DNA of 64,000 nucleotides from Candidatus Margulisiibacteriota bacterium (GTDB lineage: Bacteria > Margulisbacteria > Marinamargulisbacteria > JBFWNS01). Made by a program: the position numbers and the translations under genes. Shown in pieces: positions 29,897-38,724 of this stretch. The stretch lies in NCBI GenBank assembly GCA_050250935.1, contig JBFWNS010000003.1, positions 32,001-96,000 on the forward strand. Reading direction: 5' to 3'. The notes beneath the pieces are model-generated. The model worked only from the letters and a program-made list of their open reading frames with translations, searched no databases and was not told the origin of the DNA. The number at the start of each line of letters is the position of its first letter. Position 1 is the first letter of the stretch.

Positions 29897-31726
29897 CTAT
29901 TCAACCGTCACACTTTTGGCCAGGTTTCGGGGTTGGTCGACATCGCAACTTAATAAAACGGCAATGTCGTAAGCCAGCAATTGCAACACAATGGCCACCA
30001 AAACAGGGGTTAAATCTTCAGAGGTTTTGGGGATGAAGACAATGTCGTCGGCATAGGCTGGCAAGGCTTCGTCGCCTTGGGTGGCAATGATGATGGTTTT
30101 GCCTTTTCTGGCTTTTACTTCTTGGATGTTGCTGATCATTTTGTCGTAGGTTTCGGATTCGGGACAAATGCAAACCACGGGCAATTTGGGGTCGATCAAG
30201 GCGATAGGCCCGTGCTTGAGTTCCCCGGCTGGATAGCCCGTTGCGTGGATGTAAGAGATTTCTTTTAACTTCAATGCGCCTTCCAAAGCAGAGGCATAGT
30301 TTAGCCCCCGGCCAATAAAGAGAAACTCGTTGGACAAATAGTATTTTTCGGCAATGTGTTTGATTTTATCGGCTTGGTTCAAGATGCTTTCGATGTATTC
30401 GGGAAGGCGTTTGACATCTTGAATCATGGCGGTGCGTTGCTCTTGGGTTAAGGTGTTGCGAACTTCTGCCATGTACAGCCCAAAAAAGTACACTGTCACC
30501 AACTGGGCGACGAAGTTTTTGGTCGATGCAACCCCCACTTCTTGACCGGCGTGGGTGTAAATGACGGCATCAGATTCGCGGTCCATGGTGCTGTTTTTGG
30601 CGTTTACAAAGGACAAGACCTTAAAAAATTTGCTCTTGGCCTCGCGAATGCAGGCCATGGTGTCGGCGGTTTCCCCAGATTGGGACAAGGCAATGACGAT
30701 TTCGTTGTTGCCATCCGACAGCACAGGCCGATAGCGAAATTCCGACGAGATATCAACTTCGGTTAATACCCGGGCGTAGCGTTCCAAATAGTTTTTGGCG
30801 ATCAGCCCGGCATGCCAAGACGTGCCACAAGCTTGAATGATGAATCGATTGACCTTTTCCAAGACCTTGTCGCTCCAGCGCAGGTGTTTGAATTCGATAG
30901 TGTTGTCCGGGGTGACCACTTTTGAAATGATGTTGCGCACAACCGTGGGTTGCTCGAAAATTTCTTTGAGCATGAAATGGGGATAGCCGCCTTTTTCGGC
31001 TGCGATGGGGTCCCAGGCCACGTGGGTTGATTTTTTTTCGATGGCAGCGCCACCCACGATTTTGAATTGGACGTTGTTTTGCTCGATAATGGCCAATTCG
31101 TTGTCGTCCATATACACCACATCTTTGGTGTGAGTGATGATGGCGTTGATGTCCGAAGACACAAAGTTTTCGTTTTTGCCCAGCCCTACAATTAAGGGGC
31201 TACCTTTACGAACCACCACGATTTTTTCGGGTTCGGCTTCGGCGATAACCGCAATGGCATAAGTGCCGGTTAGGTGAGCCACCGCCTTTTCGACGGCTTC
31301 GGCCAGGTCTTTTTCCAAATACCGTTCAATCAAATGAACAATGACTTCCGAATCGGTTTGGGATCTAAAAATATGCCCTTCGCGTGTCAGTTCGGATTTT
31401 AAAACAGAGAAATTTTCGATGATGCCATTGTGAACCAAGGCAATTTTTTTGCGATGACTAACCTGGGGATGGGCATTGACCTCGTCGGGTTGTCCGTGGG
31501 TGGCCCAACGGGTGTGGCCGATGCCAATGTGGCCGCGGATTTTAAAGTTTTTGAGGGTGTTTTCCAGCTCGTGAAGCTTCCCTGCTTTTTTCCAATAGCT
31601 CAGTTCGCCATCGGTAATGGCGGCGATGCCAGACGAATCATAGCCCCGATAGCTTAAGCGTTCCAATCCGACCAAAAGAACCGACGTAATGTCGCGATTT
31701 CCGACGTATCCCACAATTCCGCACAT
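29897..31726 (-). CDS. glmS: Glutamine--fructose-6-phosphate transaminase
   Basis: MCGIVG N-terminus, GHTRWATHG, SQSGETADT, ELKHGP, PRNLAKSVTVE. Confidence 0.98.
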   Translation of the reverse strand: MCGIVGYVGNRDITSVLLVGLERLSYRGYDSSGIAAITDGELSYWKKAGKLHELENTLKNFKIRGHIGIGHTRWATHGQPDEVNAHPQVSHRKKIALVHNGIIENFSVLKSELTREGHIFRSQTDSEVIVHLIERYLEKDLAEAVEKAVAHLTGTYAIAVIAEAEPEKIVVVRKGSPLIVGLGKNENFVSSDINAIITHTKDVVYMDDNELAIIEQNNVQFKIVGGAAIEKKSTHVAWDPIAAEKGGYPHFMLKEIFEQPTVVRNIISKVVTPDNTIEFKHLRWSDKVLEKVNRFIIQACGTSWHAGLIAKNYLERYARVLTEVDISSEFRYRPVLSDGNNEIVIALSQSGETADTMACIREAKSKFFKVLSFVNAKNSTMDRESDAVIYTHAGQEVGVASTKNFVAQLVTVYFFGLYMAEVRNTLTQEQRTAMIQDVKRLPEYIESILNQADKIKHIAEKYYLSNEFLFIGRGLNYASALEGALKLKEISYIHATGYPAGELKHGPIALIDPKLPVVCICPESETYDKMISNIQEVKARKGKTIIIATQGDEALPAYADDIVFIPKTSEDLTPVLVAIVLQLLAYDIAVLLSCDVDQPRNLAKSVTVE

Positions 31727-31759
31727 GGCAGGTCTCCTGTCTTTCGTTTGAGGGGTTTA

Positions 31760-33376
31760 TTATACGGGCGATATCAAGATTTCAGCAATCGCTTTTCCAC
31801 CGATCATGCGCTCCAGCTCTTGGCGCTTTTGGTTGGGGTTTAGGGTTTGTAGGGTGGTGATGGTTTTTTCGCCACTGACTTTCTTTTGAACCACAATGTG
31901 GTGGTCAGCGACAGTGGCAATTTGGGCAAGGTGGGTAATGGCCACCAGTTGGGTGTTGGGGGCTTGCTGGGAAATGGCCCGCAGTTTTTCGCCGATGCGG
32001 TTGGCCGTAAGCCCGCCGACGCCGGTGTCGATTTCGTCGAAAATCAGGGTTTCTATTGGGGCATCGCTGGTAAAAACAGCTTTTAAGGCCAACATGATTC
32101 GGGACAGTTCGCCCCCAGAAGCGATTTTGTCCAAGGGTTTTAGGGGTTCTCCGGGATTGGGGCTCATCATAAAGGTCACGGCATCCAGACCTGTTGTGGT
32201 GGGTGGGGTTGGGCTGAGTTCGATGGTGAATTTGGCTTTTTCAAAATCCAGTTCGACCAAGGTGCGCTGAATGGTTTGGGACAGGATCGAGGCTTTTTGA
32301 GCCCTTAATGCTTGAAGTTTTTTGCCGTGATCCAGCAAGGTTTGCTTGGCTTTTTGAAGTTGCTCTTCGAGGTTGTGGGAAACTTCTTCGGCATGCAGCA
32401 GGTTGTGAAGTTCGGTTTTGAGGGCTGTGCAATGGTTCAATAGGGCATCGATGCTTTGGGCTTTGTATTTGGTTTTGAGTTTAAAGAGGGTGTCCAGTCT
32501 GGCTTCAAGGGTGTCGATATCCAGGTCCAAGTTTGGGATTGCCAGGTTTCTGTCGAGGGTGGCATACAGGGCGTGCAAGGTGTCCAGTTCATCGGCTAGG
32601 GTGGCTTGTGCGGGTTCGAGTTCGGGTAAATTTAAGGGGGTAAGTTGTTTTGACACTCCTTCTAGCAGGGACAAAGCTTCTTCGAAGGGGCCTAGTAATG
32701 TGGATCGGGCGGCTTGTTGTTTGGCAACCTGTTTAAGCTGTTGTTTTTGGGTTTCAAGGGCTTCGTCTTCGCCGGGTTTAAGGTGGTGTTGTTCGATATC
32801 TTGAATTTGAAAACTCAAAAAAGCCTGATGTTGGTCCGATTGATTTTGGGCGTCTTGGTGGTGTTTAAGCTGTGTTTTCAGTGCCATGAACTGGTCATAG
32901 GCGGTAGTGTAGGCGTTGAGTAGGGGGGTGATGTCGGGTTTGGCAAAGGTGTCGAGCAGTTGGCGCTGATGGTCTTTGCTGTAGAGGCTGTAGGCCTCGT
33001 GTTGGCTCATGATGCTGACCAAATGCGGGCCCAGGGTTTTTAGCACTTTTAGGGGCACGGTTTCGCCGTTGATGCGGGCGACACTGTCTTTGCCACGCTG
33101 AAGTTTTCGGGTAATGAGTAGGGTGCCTGTGTCCCCAACATACGATTCCCAGAGGGGATTGGGGGGCACTATAAAAGTCCCTTCGACCAAGGCTTCGTCG
33201 GCCCCGTGTTTGATGTAACCTTCGTTGGCTTGTCCACCCAAGAGCAACTGCACCGCATCCAAAATGATGGATTTTCCGGCCCCGGTTTCGCCCGTCAGAA
33301 CAGTAAATCCGGGCTGAAGCTCCAGTTCGTGTTCGTCGATTAAAGCAATGTTTTTGATGCGTAAACGGGAGAGCAT
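31760..33376 (-). CDS. recN: DNA repair protein RecN
   Basis: TGETGAGKS, coiled coil, ASGGELSR, IFDEIDTGVGG, ITHLAQIA. Confidence 0.96.
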   Translation of the reverse strand: MLSRLRIKNIALIDEHELELQPGFTVLTGETGAGKSIILDAVQLLLGGQANEGYIKHGADEALVEGTFIVPPNPLWESYVGDTGTLLITRKLQRGKDSVARINGETVPLKVLKTLGPHLVSIMSQHEAYSLYSKDHQRQLLDTFAKPDITPLLNAYTTAYDQFMALKTQLKHHQDAQNQSDQHQAFLSFQIQDIEQHHLKPGEDEALETQKQQLKQVAKQQAARSTLLGPFEEALSLLEGVSKQLTPLNLPELEPAQATLADELDTLHALYATLDRNLAIPNLDLDIDTLEARLDTLFKLKTKYKAQSIDALLNHCTALKTELHNLLHAEEVSHNLEEQLQKAKQTLLDHGKKLQALRAQKASILSQTIQRTLVELDFEKAKFTIELSPTPPTTTGLDAVTFMMSPNPGEPLKPLDKIASGGELSRIMLALKAVFTSDAPIETLIFDEIDTGVGGLTANRIGEKLRAISQQAPNTQLVAITHLAQIATVADHHIVVQKKVSGEKTITTLQTLNPNQKRQELERMIGGKAIAEILISPV

Positions 33377-33385
33377 GGGTCTAGT

Positions 33386-34081
33386 CTAGCTGACTTTTTG
33401 TTGAATATAAACGGTGGAAAATCCCCAGCTCATGGGTACTTTGAGGGTTTTTCGGGTTTTAAAGCAAGTTCCCGGAAGCTTGGCCGAAGGGCTTACAAGC
33501 CAAGTCCCCACCGAGAGTCCTTGCAAGTGTTGGGCCAAGGCAGCAATCGTCTTTTTGCCCAAGCAAGTCGTATTGATCAACACCACCGTCGCAACAGCCA
33601 CATCCGTTGTCAAAAAATCCTCGGTTTTCCAGCTGATGTTGGGAATGTTCAATCGTTGGCATAGGGCCTCGCCAACCCGGGCATAAATGGGCACCACGTC
33701 CACCGAAATGGCTTGGATTCGACGAATAAAGGCCGCATACAAGGCGGGTTTGCCATGGCCGCCACCCAGATCCAAAAACACGCTTTTGGGTTTTAGGGGA
33801 AGGGCATCAAAAATCTGGGTGAGTCCCACAAAGGTAAATTGACCTTCGGTGAGTTCTTTAAGGGGTTTTCCCGTATTGGCTTTAAAGGTTTCCAGGCGGG
33901 TTGGGGTTATATAAAAGGCGTAATAATAGGGCAGAAAAAAGTCCAAAAAGAGCAGGCGTCGGTGTTTGGCGTAGGTGGGAATGTGCCAGAGCCACAGCAT
34001 CAACTTGTAGGCGCTGTGGGCAATGGCCCTTGCGATGATGCCAGGCGCCGAACTTAGTTGGCTGGTGTCTGTTTGAGCCAT
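33386..34081 (-). CDS. Class I SAM-dependent methyltransferase, DOT1-like layout
   Basis: FLDLGGGHGK motif I, acidic residue at VDVV, EDFL, VVLINTTC; ATG 34081 preferred. Confidence 0.7.
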   Translation of the reverse strand: MAQTDTSQLSSAPGIIARAIAHSAYKLMLWLWHIPTYAKHRRLLFLDFFLPYYYAFYITPTRLETFKANTGKPLKELTEGQFTFVGLTQIFDALPLKPKSVFLDLGGGHGKPALYAAFIRRIQAISVDVVPIYARVGEALCQRLNIPNISWKTEDFLTTDVAVATVVLINTTCLGKKTIAALAQHLQGLSVGTWLVSPSAKLPGTCFKTRKTLKVPMSWGFSTVYIQQKVS

Positions 34082-34836
34082 GAAACAAATTCTCGGTTTC
34101 CCTTGGTTCCCAAAATGGGAGAGGGACAACGGTGCAGTTCTGTAAATCCAGATTGGGCCAGGGTTGCGACGACGGCATCCGCAATACGGATTTGTTCGGT
34201 TTCGTCTCGAATGATGCCCCCTTTGCCAACCGCCGATTTTTCGGCCTCGAATTGGGGTTTAATCAAAACAATATAGTCGGTTTCTGGGCTTAAAAATTTG
34301 GAAAGACCTGGCAAAATTTTGGTGACACTAATAAAAGACACATCCATGACCACCAACCGAATGTCTTGGTAGAGGGTGGCCGGGTGGTGGTGTTTGGTAG
34401 CCAAGGTTTCCAAATCTTTGGCGGACAAGTGACGGGCATTGGTTTTTTCCAACAGCAAAACATTGGGATTGTTGCGAATTTTAAGGTCCAATTGCCCATA
34501 GCCCACATCCACACCAAAGACGGTTTTGGCGCCGTTTTGAAGCAAGAAATCGGTAAATCCACCGGTGGAAATGCCCACATCCAGGGCCACTTTGTCGGCG
34601 ATGGGAAAGCCAAATGCTTCCCAAGCCCCGGCCAGTTTTTCCCCGCCTCGGCTGACATAGGGCAGGGGTTTTCCCAGTTGGATTAATACCGCTGTTTCGG
34701 GGACAAGGTCCCCTGGCTTTGTTTTTTTCTGACCGTCCACCAAGATGGTGCCGGCCATAATCAGGGCTTGGGCTTTCTCGCGGGTTGGGGCCAGGCCATT
34801 GTTCAATAGGGCCACATCCAGTCGAATTTTGGGCAT
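34054..34836 (-). CDS. tlyA: TlyA family rRNA 2'-O-methyltransferase
   Basis: S4 domain RLD, YVSRGGEKL, DVGISTGGFTD, DVSFIS, LIKPQFE, GNREF. Confidence 0.96.
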   Translation of the reverse strand: MPKIRLDVALLNNGLAPTREKAQALIMAGTILVDGQKKTKPGDLVPETAVLIQLGKPLPYVSRGGEKLAGAWEAFGFPIADKVALDVGISTGGFTDFLLQNGAKTVFGVDVGYGQLDLKIRNNPNVLLLEKTNARHLSAKDLETLATKHHHPATLYQDIRLVVMDVSFISVTKILPGLSKFLSPETDYIVLIKPQFEAEKSAVGKGGIIRDETEQIRIADAVVATLAQSGFTELHRCPSPILGTKGNREFVSWLKQTPAN

Positions 34837-35348
34837 TATTGTCCTGTGTCCGGATTCATTGGGGATTGTTTAAACAAGTCCATGCTGGGGTTGGTAAAGG
34901 GTTTGTTGGATGCGGGGGCTTCTTTTTTGCTGGGCACCCCTTGCCAGGTCCCGTATTCGATACTAACCATGGTTTTAAATTGCTCTGGGCTTAAAATGGT
35001 TTTGAGTTTGGCCAGATACAGACGTCGTTGTTCAAACAAAGATCTTGAGAGGTCGTTTTGTTCTTGCCTGGCCTTTTCGATGGCCGCTGTGTCGATGGGG
35101 GTTTTTTCGGTGGCCATATAGACGGCCCGTTGGTTGTCTTGGAGTTGGTCGATAATGTCTTTCATAATCGAGGCATTTTCTCTACGCAGATTCTGAACTT
35201 GTACACTTTGGATGGCGCTTAAAGACCATTCTTTTTCAACCATTTTTAGGGGTTTTTCGCCGAACATATACACCCAGCGGTCAATTTCGTCGGCATGCAA
35301 GGGCGATGCCAGGGCCACACATACAAAAAACGCCATTAAAATACGCAT
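34836..35348 (-). CDS. Periplasmic Spy/CpxP-like helical protein
   Basis: Signal peptide MRILMAFFVCVALASPLHA; LSAIQ and LSPEQ LTxxQ-like motifs. Confidence 0.6.
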   Translation of the reverse strand: MRILMAFFVCVALASPLHADEIDRWVYMFGEKPLKMVEKEWSLSAIQSVQVQNLRRENASIMKDIIDQLQDNQRAVYMATEKTPIDTAAIEKARQEQNDLSRSLFEQRRLYLAKLKTILSPEQFKTMVSIEYGTWQGVPSKKEAPASNKPFTNPSMDLFKQSPMNPDTGQ

Positions 35349-35361
35349 AAGATTGATCCTT

Positions 35362-36144
35362 TTAATGAAAAAAGTACCAGGCCAAAAGCCCTGAAAAAAC
35401 GACGCGGTAGACCCCAAAGGGGAAGAGTTTCCAGCGCTTTAATACCTTTAAAAACGTTCCAATCGACACCACGGCAACAGCAAACGACACCACCAGCCCA
35501 ACCCCAATCATGGCCAGATCGTGGTGGGTTAAAATCGGAGCTGTTTTTAACAAATCAAACCCGGTTGCGGCCACCATGACGGGTACAGCGATGATAAAGG
35601 AAAACTGGGCTGCAGTCACATCATCGAGTCCACTTAAAAGCCCGCCAATAATGGTGGAAGCCGAGCGGCTCATGCCAGGCCAGAGGGCAAAACATTGAAA
35701 AAAACCAACCGTTAAAGCTTGTTTGGAGGTCATGTCTTCGATTTTGGTGGTTTTGGGTTTGGGCAGCACACGTTCTATAAAGGTCATGACCACACCGCCA
35801 ACAAACAAGGCTGCAATAACGGTGGGAACCGAAAACAAATGGTGTTTGATCCAGGAATGGGTCAAGGCGCCCATCACCAAAGCGGGCACAATGGCCAGGG
35901 CGATATTTTTGCCATCGCGTTTCAAATTTTTGGGCGATAATAAATCCAAAAAAAAGCGCCGATACAGTACCACCACGGCTAAAATGGCCCCCAATTGAAT
36001 GGCAATTTCAAAGGTGGCTTGCGCTTCGCCGTTTAAGCCCATCCAATGCCCAGCCAAAAACAAATGTCCAGTCGAGGAGACAGGAATAAATTCAGTTATC
36101 CCTTCTAAAATCCCCAATAAAATGGCTTGAAATGTGGTCATCAT
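35362..36144 (-). CDS. uppP: Undecaprenyl-diphosphate phosphatase (BacA)
   Basis: EGITEFIPVSSTGH, IQLGAILAV, PGMSRS. Confidence 0.96.
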   Translation of the reverse strand: MMTTFQAILLGILEGITEFIPVSSTGHLFLAGHWMGLNGEAQATFEIAIQLGAILAVVVLYRRFFLDLLSPKNLKRDGKNIALAIVPALVMGALTHSWIKHHLFSVPTVIAALFVGGVVMTFIERVLPKPKTTKIEDMTSKQALTVGFFQCFALWPGMSRSASTIIGGLLSGLDDVTAAQFSFIIAVPVMVAATGFDLLKTAPILTHHDLAMIGVGLVVSFAVAVVSIGTFLKVLKRWKLFPFGVYRVVFSGLLAWYFFH

Positions 36145-36160
36145 GGCCTAAAAGTGTACC

Positions 36161-37327
36161 TTAACCGAGGGCCTGCCACAACTGTTGCCAGGGCAAGGCC
36201 GTAATACCAGGCCCCAGTTTAAAAGGCCGTGGCGTTTGGCAAACAATATACCCTTCTTTGCAGTTGTATTCTTGCATAAACGTTGTCAAATGGCGCTGGT
36301 CTTTTTCCGTGGGTGCAGAGGTCCATTTGACCTCGATGGGGATCAGGGTTTTGTTGGTTTCTAGGATCCAATCTACTTCGGGGCCATTGTGGTCTCGCCA
36401 GTAGAGCAGCTGTGTTTTCTGGGTGGACTGATGTGTGAACCGTAGTAATTCTAACCCAATAAATTGTTCAAATAACCCGCCAAGTGCGGCTTCGGATAGT
36501 TGAGCCGGTTCTTGGGTGCAAAGACGTCGAATACCCAGATCAAAGAGCAAATATTTGGGTGCTTTTGTTAGTCTTCTTCTAGAAGAACCACCCAAAGGCA
36601 TAATGCGTTGGATAATCAAACAATCTTCCAAAATTTCGTAGTACGATGCGATGGTACTTTGGGATACCCCAATATCCTGGGAGAGTTTTGCAAAATTGAG
36701 GGCTTGACCCGCTTCGGAGCCTGCACACATCAAAAATTTAGAGAAGGCCTGAATATTGCGCACCACAGCTTCTGCGCGAATTTCTTCTTCCATATAGAGA
36801 CTGACATAAGAATCCAGTTCTTTTTCTTTTTCGGCCGCGTTTTCCAGTAAGCAGATGCCTGGCAAACTGCCGTAAGTAAGGTGGTGGGTCAGGTCTTGAA
36901 TTGGATTTTCTGGAATGATTAAGGGGTCAAGTTTGTAGTACAAAACCCGGCCTGGCAATAAATTGACCGAAGCTTTTCTTCGAAGTTTTCTGGCGGAAGA
37001 CCCTGTTAAAATAAATTTTGCCTTGTTTTGGTCAATAATGTATTGAATCACATCGAGCAAGTCTGGGACTTTTTGAATTTCGTCCAACACAACCAGTGGC
37101 AATTTTGGGGAAGCGGGTAAGGCTTCGATTTCTTTGAGCAATAGCTCTGGTTCTCGTTCGAAGCGCATTCGGGTAGAGGGAAGTAGAAATGACAAGCTTA
37201 AATCACTTTGTAGAGACTGGGTTAAGGTCGTTTTCCCCGTTTGTCTTGGCCCCAATAACAAAATACTTTTGTCTCGGGCCAAATCGGCTTTCAGTTGATC
37301 GGTTAATCGACGTTTTATCGTGTCCAT
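36161..37327 (-). CDS. AAA_14 ATPase with DUF4143 and C-terminal PD-(D/E)XK-like end
   Basis: GPRQTGKT, LDEIQ, LTGSS, YLLFDLG, YWRD...EVDWI...IEVK. Confidence 0.9.
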   Translation of the reverse strand: MDTIKRRLTDQLKADLARDKSILLLGPRQTGKTTLTQSLQSDLSLSFLLPSTRMRFEREPELLLKEIEALPASPKLPLVVLDEIQKVPDLLDVIQYIIDQNKAKFILTGSSARKLRRKASVNLLPGRVLYYKLDPLIIPENPIQDLTHHLTYGSLPGICLLENAAEKEKELDSYVSLYMEEEIRAEAVVRNIQAFSKFLMCAGSEAGQALNFAKLSQDIGVSQSTIASYYEILEDCLIIQRIMPLGGSSRRRLTKAPKYLLFDLGIRRLCTQEPAQLSEAALGGLFEQFIGLELLRFTHQSTQKTQLLYWRDHNGPEVDWILETNKTLIPIEVKWTSAPTEKDQRHLTTFMQEYNCKEGYIVCQTPRPFKLGPGITALPWQQLWQALG

Positions 37328-37340
37328 GTCCCTAGTTTAA

Positions 37341-37405
37341 CCGAAATCCACGATCAATACCATGGGATTTCGGCGAAATCCACGATTGCTACTCTGGAAT
37401 TTCGG
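37341..37405. repeat. Two tandem ~32-bp palindromic units upstream of the AAA gene
   Basis: CCGAAATCC-N15-GGATTTCGG followed by CGAAATCCACGAT...GGAATTTCGG. Confidence 0.75.
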
Positions 37406-37419
37406 TAAAATCTGTTGAT

Positions 37420-38718
37420 TTAAAGTCTAAATCTTAAGATAAAGGTGGTGCCAGGGGCTGTGTCTGGGTCCGATTCAATTTGAATATCGGCGCCGTGGTC
37501 TTTGACAATGCGGCTGACAATCGATAGCCCGATGCCGTGTTGGAAGCCGTCGTTTTTGGTGGTGTAGGACGAGGTAAAAAGCGTCGGTTGTTTGTCTTTG
37601 GGAATGCCAGGTCCTGTGTCCCCAACCCGAACTTCCACGCAGTCGGTATTCATAAACCGGGTTTGATGGCAGCCTAGACTTAACACGCCGCCTTCCGGCA
37701 TCAATTGAATGGCGTTGGTAATAAGATTGGTAAACAGTTGATACAACCCCCGTTCCTGTCCCAAAATGGTGGGAACAGTTTCAATATCGCGTTCGATGCG
37801 AATGCCTTGCCGGTTGCAAGTGGCGGTTCCCAACAACACAATTTTGTCCAAAATCGAGGGCAGGGAAACCGGTTGTTTTTCCACGGTCTCTTTGCCCTTA
37901 AAGAGCATGGTGTTCAGAATGTCTTTAAGTTTCACCAGCGTGGTGTCGGCAATGTCCAAGCCTTTCAGCAACAGTTCCCGATCATCCAATTGTTTGCGAA
38001 TGGCACTAAAAGCCCCAGTCAGCAAATACAAAGGGTTCAACAACTCGTGGGATACCCGTTGAGTAAGACGGGCGTACATGATTTCTTCGTTGGCCTGATC
38101 GAGTTGTTTGTGGAGTTCGGCGAGTTGTTGATTGGTTTCGAGGAGTTCGGAATTAAGTTTTTTTAATAAATCATTGGCACCGGATAACTCTACAATGTGC
38201 CTCTTATTTGCAAGATAAAAGGTGTGAACTGATAGCAATGCGAATAAAAATGCTGTGCTTATTGCACACGTATGAATTACTTTTTCTTTGATGCCACTTA
38301 AATGGGGTTGAGCAAAGAAAAATTGATAGTCTACAAATTGAAGAAAGTAGGCTGCTGAAATGGGGATTAGCATGGCAAAAAAGATCTTTTTTCTGTCTTT
38401 TTCATGCTCAAAAAGAACGATAGGGAGGTGCACAATAGAGATAATAACAATATAGGCTCCCGAGGCCTTTCCAAGAATCAGTGAATAAAAAATTAAGAGC
38501 AGGGAAGCCAGTGCTATCAGAAGAAACTTAGAGGCAGATTGATAGCCTAGTTTCCCCAAAATAATAGGAAGAAAAAAGGCGCAGACAAATAGGATAATCA
38601 TGTTGCCTGCTAAGGAAAATCCTAAGGCATTGAAAATAAAAAAATAGGGTATAGAAAGAATAATGCAGAGTGTTGCAAGTTTTTCAGTTAGTGAAGTTCT
38701 TTGTAAAACAGAAAGCAT
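37420..38718 (-). CDS. Membrane sensor histidine kinase
   Basis: About 6 TM segments, coiled coil, H-box SHELLNPL, N-box NLITNA, G1 DTGPGI, G2 GIGLSI. Confidence 0.93.
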   Translation of the reverse strand: MLSVLQRTSLTEKLATLCIILSIPYFFIFNALGFSLAGNMIILFVCAFFLPIILGKLGYQSASKFLLIALASLLLIFYSLILGKASGAYIVIISIVHLPIVLFEHEKDRKKIFFAMLIPISAAYFLQFVDYQFFFAQPHLSGIKEKVIHTCAISTAFLFALLSVHTFYLANKRHIVELSGANDLLKKLNSELLETNQQLAELHKQLDQANEEIMYARLTQRVSHELLNPLYLLTGAFSAIRKQLDDRELLLKGLDIADTTLVKLKDILNTMLFKGKETVEKQPVSLPSILDKIVLLGTATCNRQGIRIERDIETVPTILGQERGLYQLFTNLITNAIQLMPEGGVLSLGCHQTRFMNTDCVEVRVGDTGPGIPKDKQPTLFTSSYTTKNDGFQHGIGLSIVSRIVKDHGADIQIESDPDTAPGTTFILRFRL

Positions 38719-38724
38719 AAGCTT

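Noticed and set aside
31727..31759. glmS ribozyme
   Set aside because: Only 33 bp separate recN and glmS, too short for the ribozyme
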